IMG/VR virus record: IMGVR_UViG_3300037264_000690
Coordinates: 30,414-94,413 of that record
Length of the DNA: 64,000 nt
Source: a virus
Direction: 5' to 3' (one strand)
How positions within the stretch are numbered: position 1 is the stretch's first letter; each line of letters opens with the position of its first letter. This document shows, in pieces, positions 9,458 through 19,655 of the stretch. The position numbers were made by a program, and so were the translations under genes. Under the pieces are notes generated by a model. The model searched no databases and was not told the origin of the DNA. It saw nothing but the letters and a program-made list of their open reading frames with translations.

Positions 9458-9498
9458 GAGTGGGTGGTGACATAAGTTGCCACCCACTCTTTTTCTTT
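9458..9498 (+). terminator. intrinsic terminator
   Basis: GAGTGGGTGGTGAC-ataa-GTTGCCACCCACTC then TTTTTCTTT. Confidence 0.8.
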
Positions 9499-9556
9499 AC
9501 CCAACAAGACGTTACACTAGTAATAGTTATGTAGGACCTCTAACTTCGGGGGCAGC

Positions 9557-9865
9557 ATGACCATTAAGCTGTATGACGCTGTTCGTCAGTGCATCCGTGC
9601 TCAGATCAACATGCAAACAGCACAGCACAGCCTGTCTGATCCAGCCAACATCGATAGTCATCGTGACAATCTGAGACACAACTGTTTGCATGAGGCGTTA
9701 TACATGTCGCTTGGAGTTCTGGCTCGACTTGATGTCATCAACGACCCCATGAACGATCAAGCACAAACATCCGCACGCGAGTTGATCGGCGTACTTTCTC
9801 AACGTCTAGACATTGACGTGGAAGACAAGTTCGGTGTACCCTTAAAGTCTAGGGGTGAAGTGTAG
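9557..9865 (+). CDS. hypothetical protein
   Basis: GGGGG RBS, 102 aa. Confidence 0.6.
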   Translation: MTIKLYDAVRQCIRAQINMQTAQHSLSDPANIDSHRDNLRHNCLHEALYMSLGVLARLDVINDPMNDQAQTSARELIGVLSQRLDIDVEDKFGVPLKSRGEV

Positions 9866-9895
9866 CGAGTAGTTTTTTACTGCAGGGATACAGTT

Positions 9896-10372
9896 ATGGC
9901 CAAGGGTCGTCACTATCGCTTTCGCAACCTCGACTACTGGGCTGAGCGAGGTCTCATCAACATCGTCGACGAACGCTTCCCGCCAAGTCATGACAAAGCG
10001 TTTACTGTCGTACCAGTTCGAGAGTTTCTTTATCGACTCAAGGGCCTCAACGATATGATTGGTCGCTGGGGTAAGCAGTGGCCCGATGAACGCAACGAGA
10101 TGCAAACCATGATCGAGAATGGTGTTGAGTGTTGTCGTGAGGCCAAGACACAAGGTCGGCCTGACGATCCTCGTGCTGTCGCCCAGATGCTCAGAGAACG
10201 TCGCCGCTTTATGCTATACGCTGGCACCGGCAGTGTATCGCCGGTTGGTGCGATCTCGTCAGATTTTGCACCTGAAAGCGTCAACCTACCGCCCATCCCG
10301 CAAGCTAATCCGAACAAGCCGATCACGTCGTTAGTCCCAGCGCCAATTACTCTATCCAAACTCTTTACTTGA
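9896..10372 (+). CDS. hypothetical protein
   Basis: AGGGA RBS, 158 aa, tight packing. Confidence 0.65.
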   Translation: MAKGRHYRFRNLDYWAERGLINIVDERFPPSHDKAFTVVPVREFLYRLKGLNDMIGRWGKQWPDERNEMQTMIENGVECCREAKTQGRPDDPRAVAQMLRERRRFMLYAGTGSVSPVGAISSDFAPESVNLPPIPQANPNKPITSLVPAPITLSKLFT

Positions 10373-10385
10373 GGGGGGTTCCGCT

Positions 10386-11297
10386 ATGCTCAGAAAGACT
10401 ATGCTTGCAACTGCGTTTGTCATCATGATGGCAGCCATCACGGTGTCACAAAAGGTCGAAGCACAGAACAAGCCAGCATTCAAGGTTTCTCAGTATCTGC
10501 AGGACATTAGCGTCACAGTTCGCGCCGGCCAGTTCTCTGGCTCCGGAGTCATGGTGCAGACTAGCGACGGTCAAATCTGGATCTGGACGGCTGCTCACGT
10601 CACCGAGCCTCTACGTCGCACACACGAAGTCCTCGACGACAAAGGCGTGAGGCGTCTGAAGGTTGAGTTCGACGATGCCAATATCCTCCGATTCAACAAG
10701 AACAAGGAGGAAGGTCGCATCGTGTCAAGTTATAGCGGCGACGCTGAAGTGATCCGCTACTCTGACTCAAAGAATGGTCATGATCTATGTCTGTTGCGAC
10801 TGCGAGATAAGGACTTCAAGCCAAATAGCTCGGCGAAGTTCTATCTCGAAAAGGGCATCCCTGATATCGGTGAGGACCTGTACCACTGCGGCTCACTACT
10901 CGGACCAATCGGTTCCAATAGCTTGACCAGCGGTATCATGTCTCAGCACGGTCGTGTGTTCGATGGTAGGATTTACGATCAGACGACTGCAACGTCGTTC
11001 CCGGGCAGCTCGGGCGGCATTGTCTGTCTCAAGTTGGATGGACGCTACGTTGGCATGCTGGTGATGGGTGCCGGTGAAGGCTTCGGTCTCATCGTTCCAG
11101 TCAGACGAATGATAGACTGGTCTAAGAAGACTGGTGTTGAGTTTGCACTGGATCCGGCTGTCAAGGTGCCAACCGACGAAGAGTTGCGTAGCAAACCAAT
11201 TGAGGACGGTGTCTTCAGTAGTGGTGGCACCAATCAACACAAGCAGCGTGAAGCCGCCAAGCTGAAGTTTATGCTGAATAATCACCGCGACGATTAG
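10386..11297 (+). CDS. secreted trypsin-like serine protease
   Basis: signal peptide ending VEA; GSG, TAAHV (His), DLCLL (Asp), FPGSSGG (Ser). Confidence 0.85.
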   Translation: MLRKTMLATAFVIMMAAITVSQKVEAQNKPAFKVSQYLQDISVTVRAGQFSGSGVMVQTSDGQIWIWTAAHVTEPLRRTHEVLDDKGVRRLKVEFDDANILRFNKNKEEGRIVSSYSGDAEVIRYSDSKNGHDLCLLRLRDKDFKPNSSAKFYLEKGIPDIGEDLYHCGSLLGPIGSNSLTSGIMSQHGRVFDGRIYDQTTATSFPGSSGGIVCLKLDGRYVGMLVMGAGEGFGLIVPVRRMIDWSKKTGVEFALDPAVKVPTDEELRSKPIEDGVFSSGGTNQHKQREAAKLKFMLNNHRDD

Positions 11298-11374
11298 GTC
11301 GATTTGCGGGAAATGAAGTGCCAGACCCTCTTCCCCCCGGTGGTGAAGCCGGAAGAATAATTCAGGGAGGCAAG

Positions 11375-11791
11375 ATGCCACTCTCATCTCGTGAAGCCTT
11401 CAAGCGTGGCTTCATCAAGCAATGTGTGGACGAGGGTCTGACTGAAGAGGGTCAGATCCTCGCCCTAATTTCTTCTTTTACCAGTGAGAAGCAAGCTGGT
11501 GGTCAGCTTGCTGATGCAGTTAACTGGCTGCATGCTCAGTATTTCAAAGCTCATGGTCCACATAAGAGTGATGAAACGACTAGCTCACCACTGCCAATGG
11601 CGCTAGCCCTTGGTGTTGGTCTTCCTGGTGCTGCCGGTGCTGGTGTCGGTTATCTGGGAAGCAAGTTAAAGGGAAACTGGCTCGACGAAGAGGACGTTAA
11701 GAACCAGGAGCTCATCGGTGAACTGCGGCGGCAAACAGATTTAGCCCGCCAGTTTCGTCGTATTGGGGGATCTTCGCCGTCGTCGTTCTAA
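11375..11791 (+). CDS. putative internal head protein (KxA motif)
   Basis: GGAGG RBS; AFKRGF N-terminus, EKQA, Gly/Ala-rich hydrophobic helix. Confidence 0.55.
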   Translation: MPLSSREAFKRGFIKQCVDEGLTEEGQILALISSFTSEKQAGGQLADAVNWLHAQYFKAHGPHKSDETTSSPLPMALALGVGLPGAAGAGVGYLGSKLKGNWLDEEDVKNQELIGELRRQTDLARQFRRIGGSSPSSF

Positions 11792-11815
11792 TGCCAAAGA
11801 TCAGGGAGGATCTTC

Positions 11816-12457
11816 ATGGCAGAGGAACAGAGAAAGATTTGCACCAGCTGCTACGTTGGTCGTCCGCTCAGTGATTTCCGGTTGAATAAGCGAGTGTTGC
11901 CATCTGGTGTCGTCCGACTGTATTATTCGAGCCCATGTCGAATCTGCCGTCGGAAGCTGGAAAAAGAGCAGCGTGGTGTAAAGGCAAAAACGATCAAGCG
12001 TGTTAATAAGCCGCAGTGTCGTAGGCAATACCAACCGGCCACGATCATTAGTACCGGTCACCGCACAAGTACCGACAAGACACATGCCCAGCACCTTCGC
12101 TGGACTTACGGTTTATCACTTGAAGACTACAACAAAATCTATGACCGGCAGCGGGGTCGCTGTGCAATTTGTCAACGTAAGCCACACCAAATACCCAGCC
12201 GGCAACGACGCCGGCTGGTTGTTGACCACGATCACACTACCGAGCAAGTTCGAGGTTTGCTGTGTCATGATTGCAATTTGGCTCTCGGTTTGTTTCGAGA
12301 TAACCCAGTGCTTATAGAAGCTGCTATGGCTTACTTGAAAGGATATTCGTGTCACTCTTCAAATTCTTCGGAGAACAAGGAGATCTGCACGGCGGGCGAC
12401 TCTTCTGGTCACGCAACTTGCCTGTTCCGTTCAAAGGCACGCATGCACCAACGTTAA
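11816..12457 (+). CDS. endonuclease VII-family (His-Me) nuclease, probable homing endonuclease
   Basis: YGLSLEDY..Q.GRCAIC..LVVDHDH..VRGLLC..CN..LG...DNP; N-terminal CxxC..CxxC. Confidence 0.85.
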   Translation: MAEEQRKICTSCYVGRPLSDFRLNKRVLPSGVVRLYYSSPCRICRRKLEKEQRGVKAKTIKRVNKPQCRRQYQPATIISTGHRTSTDKTHAQHLRWTYGLSLEDYNKIYDRQRGRCAICQRKPHQIPSRQRRRLVVDHDHTTEQVRGLLCHDCNLALGLFRDNPVLIEAAMAYLKGYSCHSSNSSENKEICTAGDSSGHATCLFRSKARMHQR

Positions 12458-12795
12458 CACAGCAAGAGCTTGAAGCAGATGTTGCAATCCAGTTTGAGTA
12501 TCGCAGTGAGTTCTTTGATCTCTCTAGTGCTGAGCAGAAGCAAAAATACGATTGGGTGATGGATCGTGTTGTCAATGGTATGTTCGTCCATCACTTCATC
12601 GACCGACATGTCAACCATGCAAATGGTAAGGTAACGGTGTATATTGAGTGGAGTCAGCGCTATGCGCAGCTTTCTCCACAAGCACGGTTGGCTAGGAGTC
12701 AATGTCATGTCATTCCCACTAGTTCAAGCGGTTTACAAAGTCCGGGGTGGGATGCTGGGCTTGCTGGGCAGCAACACCCATCCGTTGGTATCTGA
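12349..12795 (+). CDS. hypothetical protein
   Basis: GTG start with GAAAGGA RBS inside the endonuclease tail. Confidence 0.6.
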   Translation: MSLFKFFGEQGDLHGGRLFWSRNLPVPFKGTHAPTLTQQELEADVAIQFEYRSEFFDLSSAEQKQKYDWVMDRVVNGMFVHHFIDRHVNHANGKVTVYIEWSQRYAQLSPQARLARSQCHVIPTSSSGLQSPGWDAGLAGQQHPSVGI

Positions 12796-13645
12796 AAAGA
12801 CTGCAGCTGCGTCAGATGCACCTCTAGTGCCTACCCGTGGGCTTGAACTAAATGAGGATTGGGGTCAGCATCGTAATAAGTTGCTCAAGACCTTAGCACT
12901 GCTTGGGTTGAGTAGTGCTGCTATTGGCGGTGGTATAACTGGAGGTTTCGGTCTGCATCGCTTGCATCAAATGCGTAATGAGAAGCCAGAGGCTCTGCCT
13001 GGTAATATCCCGCTCACCATGCCGCCTGGTAGGCTACCACCTAGCGATGAGCCGGAGAAGATTGCAGCCTCAGTACCGTTTGGACACTGGAAGCAGCTCA
13101 TTGGTATGACTGCACAACATCCGTCTGACATTCCACTTGGCTGGCTTGCGGCTCCGGCTGTCGGCGTCGGTGGCCTACTTGGCAGTAGCGCTCTAATGAA
13201 TCGGATTTTGCATAACAAGATGAAGAGCGTACGTAGCAACGAGCTGGCTCAGTCACAGCAAGAGTTCGACAAGGCAATGTTAGAGCAGTATGACAGTCCG
13301 CAGCTACGTAGTGAGAAGATCAGCTCGGCTCTTGACTACCTATACGATGCAGTCGAGAAGCAAGCAATTAGCTCGATTACACCTGGTGCGGTGACCTCAA
13401 CCGACAAGCAACCACTAACAGATGCTAGCAGCTCTGGTAGTGTACTTGGTCCGCTGGCGCTAGCAGCCGCACTAAGCGGTAGTTTCGGTCTGCGCGCTGG
13501 CTATCGTTGGGCGGAAGGACGCAAACCTGAAAATCTACTGCGTGATGTCATGAAGCAGAGAGCGCTTCGCCGTGCACAGGCCATGCCTGAATCGATTCAG
13601 TTCGCAGCACCAAGGCCGGCTGATGAACAGGAACTTGACGAATAA
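12707..13645 (+). CDS. putative internal head/ejection protein (KxA motifs, Gly/Ala helices)
   Basis: AGGAG RBS; EKTA, EKIA and EKQA separate three hydrophobic Gly/Ala-rich modules. Confidence 0.6.
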   Translation: MSFPLVQAVYKVRGGMLGLLGSNTHPLVSEKTAAASDAPLVPTRGLELNEDWGQHRNKLLKTLALLGLSSAAIGGGITGGFGLHRLHQMRNEKPEALPGNIPLTMPPGRLPPSDEPEKIAASVPFGHWKQLIGMTAQHPSDIPLGWLAAPAVGVGGLLGSSALMNRILHNKMKSVRSNELAQSQQEFDKAMLEQYDSPQLRSEKISSALDYLYDAVEKQAISSITPGAVTSTDKQPLTDASSSGSVLGPLALAAALSGSFGLRAGYRWAEGRKPENLLRDVMKQRALRRAQAMPESIQFAAPRPADEQELDE

Positions 13646-16600
13646 TGTTGGAGGGCACGATGCCTAGTATTGTCACCGTGGGGCCAACGCATGACTCCGT
13701 TGAGAGCAGTGCGACGGCGACCACTACTAAGCTGCCAGCACAGCCGCCGCAGCAACGGTCCATTGTAGCTGGTCCTCCACCAGCCCCGGTGACGATGCGC
13801 TCATTCGGTGACTCCGACGCTACCCGCAAAGCTATCTATGATAACGTGCTCAAAGCAGCACAAGATATTCAGCCGGTAGCCAACAACCGTTACAGTCTTG
13901 AGCTAAACGAACCGCATTGGTCCAGTGACGAAGGTGTGTCTATCAACGAACGCAAGAGAGCCATCCTTCGCGGTGAGACACTGAACCGTCGGCTGCGTGG
14001 CACCTGGCGGCTCAAGGACGTTCAAGGTAACCTTGTCAGCGAACGTCTTGCTACGGTTGCGCACGTTCCTCGCATGACTAACCAGGGCACTTTCGTCGTT
14101 AACGGTTCCGAGTACACACTTGGCCATCAGATGCGATTGCGACCTGGTGTCTTCACACGTCGTAAGGAAAATGGTGAGCTGGAGAGCCACATCAACATCA
14201 TGCCCGGTAAGGGTCTGAGCCATCACTACTTCCTGGAACCAGAGACTGGCATTTTCAAGATCCGTGTTGGCCAAGCTAATATGCCACTCGTTTCAGTTAT
14301 GAAGGCGATGGGTGCCACCGATAGCGAATTGCGTGACGCCTGGGGTGCCGAGCTACATGGTCTTAACGCACAGAAGGACGATCCTCGCGTTATGGACAAG
14401 CTCTATGCTCGACTTATCGGCAAGAAGGGTGATCCTAATGCCAGTCTGGAAGACAAGCGTCAAGCAGTTGGTAAGGCGTTTAGTGAGATGGAGCTAGACC
14501 CAGAGGTCACAAAGCGGACACTTGGTCAGCCTTATGGTCGCCTCGGTAAAGAAGTTGCCATAGCGACCACCAAGAAGCTGCTTGGTGTCAGTCGCGGTGA
14601 GGCTGACACCGACGATCGTGACGCGCTAGCTTTCCAGCACTTCATGGGACCGGAAGACCTGTTCGCTGAGCGTATTGGCCGCGACAAGCGGGTACTCAAC
14701 GAACTGCTCTGGAAGGCGACCACGCACGGCAATCTGGATAAGATGCCGACTGGCGCCTTCACCAGACATATCCACGCCGCGCTGCTGGACAGTGGGCTGG
14801 GGCAGTGCTTTGATGTTGAAACAAAGGTGCTGACCGCGCGTGGTTTCATCGCTTGGCCAGTAGTCACCGAAGACGATCTATTTGCTTGCTTGATAAACGG
14901 CAAGTTGAGCTACCACAAAGCTTACAAGCTGTTCAAGTATGAATACGATGGACAGCTATACTGTCGAACAACAAAACGGCTTGATTATTGTGTTACACCT
15001 AACCATCGTTTGTGGTGTAAGTCTAAGTTCTACTCTGATTATCAGACAGAGTTAGCTGAACAAGCACACGGCAAGACCAGAATATTCAACATCGCGCTTC
15101 CACCATATGATGGTGTTGATACGGATTTCGTGTTGCCTTCAGTTAAAACAGGTCGGTGGCAGAATGACACTGGTCCGCTAACTACGCCTGGTGACATCTG
15201 GGCTAGTTTTCTTGGTTGGTATATTAGTGAGGGTTGGGTGTCAACCGAGACGCAGCGAAACGGTAACGAGACACGGCGTATCTGTATCTCGCAGTGTCCT
15301 GTAGCGCATCCGGTGGAGCATGCCGAGATAATTCGTGTGCTGTCGCAACTACCGTGCAAGTGGAATTACAATCATAGCAACAAAACATTCTGTATCAACA
15401 ACAAGCAGTTTGTTGAAGAAGTTGCAAAGTATGGTAGTAATGCTCGGGTTAAGCGTATACCACGATACTGCTTTAGTTGGACTAATCGACGGTTGGCATT
15501 GCTGTTGGATGCCTACATGGCTGGCGACGGCAATGTTTGCAATGGACACCACAAAGCTGAAACTGTTTCTGAACAACTTGCTGAAGATTTGTCGGAAGCC
15601 TTCAATCGTCTTGGTAATGCAGTTTATATCTCAAAGCGGAAGCTAAGTGAAAAGAATCCTGCGTGGGCCGATAGCTATGTTGTTAGTGTACTGAAGACTG
15701 GCTCTACAACTGCATTTGGCCACACTTGTCACAAGCGTCACTATGTAGGTCCGGTCTACTGTGCTCATGTACCTGGAGAGCGTCTTTACATTAGCCGCAA
15801 TCGACGTAACTCCTGGAGTGCCAATAGTTTAGAAGAGATAAATCCAGCAGATGTGTTCGATCAGCAGACCCGAGTCAGCCGACTTGGCTATGGTGGCATT
15901 CCCAGTATCGACGCTGTTCCCGATGAAGCTCGTTCAGTGCAGCCAAGCCACTTGGGTTACATCGACCTGCTCCGCACCCCGGAGTCGTTCAAGGTCGGTG
16001 TCGACTCGCGTGTGAGCCACGTTGCCAAGAAGGGCAGCGACGGGCGCATCTACACGCCATTCCTGGATCCCAAGTCGGGTCAGATGGTCTATCGCAGCCC
16101 GCAGGACGTGGCTGACTTGACACTGGCCTTCCCCGGCGAGCTGCAAAAAGGCAAGCCGCTGGTCGCCGCCATTGTTGGCGGCAAGACCCGGTATGTCCCG
16201 CGCGATCAAGTTGACTTGGCCATGCCGCACGCCGAGCACTGGTTTAGCCCGATCAATAACATGGTGCCAATGAAGTCGGCCGTGAAGGGCCAACGTGCCG
16301 CCATGGCCTCCCGCTTCCTCACTCAGGCCCTGCCGATCAAGGATGCTGAGTCCCCACATGTCCGTGGTCAGGTGCCGGGTGCTGTGGGTCGATCGTTCGA
16401 GGAGCACTATGGCAATCAAGTTGGTGCAGTGTTCGGCGAGCAACAGTCTGGTCGAGTCACTAGCGTGTCGCCCGATGAGATCACCGTCAAGTACGCCGAT
16501 GGTTCGACCAAGACCCACGAGCTGTACAACAACTTCCCATACAACCGGAAGACTTACATTCACAACGAGTCGCTAGTGCAGAAGGGTGACCCAGTAAAGC

Positions 16601-19152
16601 CTGGGCAATTGCTTGCCAAGTCGAACTACACCGACCAACATGGTCACGTTGCCCTGGGCAAAAACCTACGTGTGGCTTACGTTCCGTTCCGTGGGCTTAA
16701 CTATGAGGACGCCTACGTTATCTCCGAGTCAGGTGCCAAGAAGCTCTCCTCTGAGCATATGTACCAGCACGCGATGGAGTGGGATGAGCGGCATCGCAGG
16801 GGCCTCAACAGCTTCATTAGCATCTTCCCGGGCACTTTCCAGAAGCCACAGCTCAGGGGTATGGACACCGATGGTATTGTGAAGCCTGGTACTGTACTCA
16901 AGCCTGGTGATCCGGTTGTCCTTGCCGCTCGCGAACGTGAGTTGTCGCGCAAACAGGTTCACACCTCGCATAAGGGCAGCTTCATTAACGACTCACTCAC
17001 CTGGGATCACCATGCCGAGGGTATGGTCACTGACGTTGAGAAGACCGATAAGGGCGTGACAGTCGCGGTGAAGAGCCTCAACCAGCTGCAGGTCGGCGAC
17101 AAGATGTCTGGCCGCTATGGTGATAAGGGTGTCATCGCTGACGTTATACCTGATGATCAGATGCCGCATGATGAAGAGGGAAACCCCTATGAAGTGCTGG
17201 CCAATCCGCTTGGCGTTATTAGCCGCACTAATCCAGCTCAAATGATCGAGGCTACTCTTGGCGCAATTGCTGCTAAGACAGGTAAGTATTATGCTATCGA
17301 TGACTTCTCCAATATTAAGGACTTGACTGAGTATGCCATGAAGGAGCGTGAGAAGCACGGACTTAACAACTTCGGCAAGATCTTCGACCCAACCACTAAC
17401 AAGTCCATCGACAATGTCTTCACTGGCAATCGCTTCTTCATGAAGCTGCACCATACGTCAGAATCGAAGGGACAGGGTCGCGGTCTGGGTGGTTACACTG
17501 CTGAGGGCATGCCGGCCAAGGGCGGCGTCGAGGGTAGTAAGCGGATGGCCCTCATGGATGTCAATGCGATGCTCTCGCACGGTGCTGTCGAGACGCTGCG
17601 TGACGTCAAGTTGATTCGTGGTCAGAAGAACCAGGAATACTGGTCGAACTTCATGCAGGGCAATCGGCCACCGACGCCACGTGTGCCGATCGTCTACGAG
17701 AAGTTCGTCAACTACCTCAAGGCTTCTGGCGTCAACGTCGTCCGTAAGGGCACGCAGACACACCTGATGGAGTTGACTGATAAGAACGTCGATGACATGG
17801 CTGGCGACCGTGAGCTGCAGAACGTGAAGACGGTCGACTGGAAGACTGGTTTGACCCCCATCAAGGGCGGCCTCTTCGATGAAACGCTTACCGGCGGTCA
17901 CAACGGCAACCGCTGGGCCAAGATCACTCTGCACGAGCCGATGCCCAATCCAGTCATGGAGGAGCCGATCCGTCGACTGCTAGGTTTAACCAAAGAGAAG
18001 TTCGAGAAAGTAATTGCTGGTAGTGACCAACTTGGCGGTAAGACTGGACCAGAGGCTATCCAGAGTGCTCTGGCAGGCGTCAACGTGAAGCAGGCGCTAG
18101 CTCAGTGCCAGGCAGATATTAAGTCGGGTCGGAAGACCTTGCGTGATATTGCTGTGCGGAAGCTGCAGTTCCTCAAGTCGGCAGAGATGAAGGGCATTCA
18201 CCCCAAGGATTGGATGATGACCAAAGTCCCGGTCATCCCGCCCATGTTCCGTCCAATCTCGGTCATGCAGCAAAGCGGTGGTCGGATCATTAGCGACTCC
18301 AACTACCTCTACAAGGAGCTCTTCGACGCCAACCAGGCGCTCAAGGATGTGAAGGGCGTCTCGGAGGATATCGGTGACGAGCGACTTAACCTGTATAACG
18401 CCTATCGTGGCGTCACCGGCCTGGGCGACCCCGTTCATCCTAAGCTTCAGGAGAAGAAGATTAAGGGCTTCCTGCAGCATGTCTTCGGTACTAGCCCGAA
18501 GTTCAGCACAGTGCAGCAGAAGTTGATCGGTACTACGGTCGACCTAGTTGGTCGCGCAGTGGTTGTGCCAAATCCAGACTTACACATGGATGAGGTGGGT
18601 CTTCCCGAGGCCCGCGCCTGGGAAATCTACACTCCGTTCATTGCTCGTCGGCTAGTCAAGCAGGGCGTGCCCCGTGTGCAGGCCCTGGAGCACGTCCGTA
18701 ACAAGCATGACTTGGCCAAGCGGGCAATGCTTGAAGAGATCAACGAGCGTCCAGTTATTGTGACCCGAGCGCCAACTCTGCATCGCTACGGACTCATGTC
18801 ATTCTGGCCACGATTGACAAAGGGTGAGACTCTGCAGATCAGCCCGATTGTGGTTGGTGGCTTCAACATGGACTTTGACGGTGACGCCTCGAACTATCAC
18901 GTCCCGGCTTCTGATGAAGCGCGTAATGAAGCAGTGGACAAGCTGATGCCCAGTAAAAATCTATTCAACGTTAGCCGGTTTCAGGCGCACTACCTTTTAA
19001 GGCAGGAATACATAGGAGGAGTCTACAACGCAACTGCAAAAAAGAATGATAAGCCATCGCGAGTTTTTGCTACCAAACAAGACGCCTTGCGAGCATTCTA
19101 TAATGGTAGTCTGCAGCCAGCTGATCCGATCCATATTGTAGGTGACAAATGA
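13645..19152 (+). CDS. DNA-directed RNA polymerase: beta fused to N-terminal half of beta', intein-containing (alternative start 13660)
   Basis: beta motifs TPES, GLNYEDA, GDKMSGRYGDKG, NPLGVISRTN, MKLHH; beta' motifs GGLFDE, PVIPPMFRP, RAPTLHR, catalytic NMDFDGD (18865-18885). Confidence 0.92.
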   Translation: MLEGTMPSIVTVGPTHDSVESSATATTTKLPAQPPQQRSIVAGPPPAPVTMRSFGDSDATRKAIYDNVLKAAQDIQPVANNRYSLELNEPHWSSDEGVSINERKRAILRGETLNRRLRGTWRLKDVQGNLVSERLATVAHVPRMTNQGTFVVNGSEYTLGHQMRLRPGVFTRRKENGELESHINIMPGKGLSHHYFLEPETGIFKIRVGQANMPLVSVMKAMGATDSELRDAWGAELHGLNAQKDDPRVMDKLYARLIGKKGDPNASLEDKRQAVGKAFSEMELDPEVTKRTLGQPYGRLGKEVAIATTKKLLGVSRGEADTDDRDALAFQHFMGPEDLFAERIGRDKRVLNELLWKATTHGNLDKMPTGAFTRHIHAALLDSGLGQCFDVETKVLTARGFIAWPVVTEDDLFACLINGKLSYHKAYKLFKYEYDGQLYCRTTKRLDYCVTPNHRLWCKSKFYSDYQTELAEQAHGKTRIFNIALPPYDGVDTDFVLPSVKTGRWQNDTGPLTTPGDIWASFLGWYISEGWVSTETQRNGNETRRICISQCPVAHPVEHAEIIRVLSQLPCKWNYNHSNKTFCINNKQFVEEVAKYGSNARVKRIPRYCFSWTNRRLALLLDAYMAGDGNVCNGHHKAETVSEQLAEDLSEAFNRLGNAVYISKRKLSEKNPAWADSYVVSVLKTGSTTAFGHTCHKRHYVGPVYCAHVPGERLYISRNRRNSWSANSLEEINPADVFDQQTRVSRLGYGGIPSIDAVPDEARSVQPSHLGYIDLLRTPESFKVGVDSRVSHVAKKGSDGRIYTPFLDPKSGQMVYRSPQDVADLTLAFPGELQKGKPLVAAIVGGKTRYVPRDQVDLAMPHAEHWFSPINNMVPMKSAVKGQRAAMASRFLTQALPIKDAESPHVRGQVPGAVGRSFEEHYGNQVGAVFGEQQSGRVTSVSPDEITVKYADGSTKTHELYNNFPYNRKTYIHNESLVQKGDPVKPGQLLAKSNYTDQHGHVALGKNLRVAYVPFRGLNYEDAYVISESGAKKLSSEHMYQHAMEWDERHRRGLNSFISIFPGTFQKPQLRGMDTDGIVKPGTVLKPGDPVVLAARERELSRKQVHTSHKGSFINDSLTWDHHAEGMVTDVEKTDKGVTVAVKSLNQLQVGDKMSGRYGDKGVIADVIPDDQMPHDEEGNPYEVLANPLGVISRTNPAQMIEATLGAIAAKTGKYYAIDDFSNIKDLTEYAMKEREKHGLNNFGKIFDPTTNKSIDNVFTGNRFFMKLHHTSESKGQGRGLGGYTAEGMPAKGGVEGSKRMALMDVNAMLSHGAVETLRDVKLIRGQKNQEYWSNFMQGNRPPTPRVPIVYEKFVNYLKASGVNVVRKGTQTHLMELTDKNVDDMAGDRELQNVKTVDWKTGLTPIKGGLFDETLTGGHNGNRWAKITLHEPMPNPVMEEPIRRLLGLTKEKFEKVIAGSDQLGGKTGPEAIQSALAGVNVKQALAQCQADIKSGRKTLRDIAVRKLQFLKSAEMKGIHPKDWMMTKVPVIPPMFRPISVMQQSGGRIISDSNYLYKELFDANQALKDVKGVSEDIGDERLNLYNAYRGVTGLGDPVHPKLQEKKIKGFLQHVFGTSPKFSTVQQKLIGTTVDLVGRAVVVPNPDLHMDEVGLPEARAWEIYTPFIARRLVKQGVPRVQALEHVRNKHDLAKRAMLEEINERPVIVTRAPTLHRYGLMSFWPRLTKGETLQISPIVVGGFNMDFDGDASNYHVPASDEARNEAVDKLMPSKNLFNVSRFQAHYLLRQEYIGGVYNATAKKNDKPSRVFATKQDALRAFYNGSLQPADPIHIVGDK
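14806..15825 (+). mobile_element. 340-aa intein with LAGLIDADG-type endonuclease
   Basis: GQ|CFDVETKVLT, block B VTPNH, FLGWYISEG and LLDAYMAGDG, VYCAHVP, ends SAN|S; removing it restores the beta Rif region. Confidence 0.92.
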
Positions 19153-19607
19153 CTGACCATCGTTGGAACTGGAAAGGCGGCAAGAAAGCTGGGCTTGCCA
19201 GAAAGAAAGCTGCTGGTATCTGTGTAGATTGTACAAACGAGACCAATGGCTGTGTGAAGTGCGATGCTTGCCGGCAGCGAGAAAAAGCTGGTCACAAGAA
19301 GAGGCATTCTAAACTAAAGAATGAAGTCTTCGCTGCCTATGGTGGTTACCACTGCAACTGTCCCGGTTGTGGTGAAACACGACCAAACTTCTTGCACATC
19401 GACCATGTCGACAATAACGGCGCCGAGCATCGCCGGCAGATGGGCGATCCAACTGGTGCCAACTTCTATTCATGGTTGAAGCAGCATGGCTTCCCATTAG
19501 GTTTTCAAGTTCTGTGCGCAAACTGCAACTGGGCCAAGGGTCGATATGGTAAATGTCCTCACGTCGATGAGGTCGAGAAGATTGCTAAGATTCCGTTACA
19601 CTACTAA
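19149..19607 (+). CDS. HNH endonuclease with N-terminal Cys zinc finger
   Basis: CVDC..CDAC; YGG.C..CGE....LHIDH..G..HR...Y.W....FP..FQVLCANCN. Confidence 0.8.
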   Translation: MTDHRWNWKGGKKAGLARKKAAGICVDCTNETNGCVKCDACRQREKAGHKKRHSKLKNEVFAAYGGYHCNCPGCGETRPNFLHIDHVDNNGAEHRRQMGDPTGANFYSWLKQHGFPLGFQVLCANCNWAKGRYGKCPHVDEVEKIAKIPLHY

Positions 19608-19655
19608 TGGGTGAACAATGGGTAGACTTGGCAACACACAGAAATGAGGACTGCG

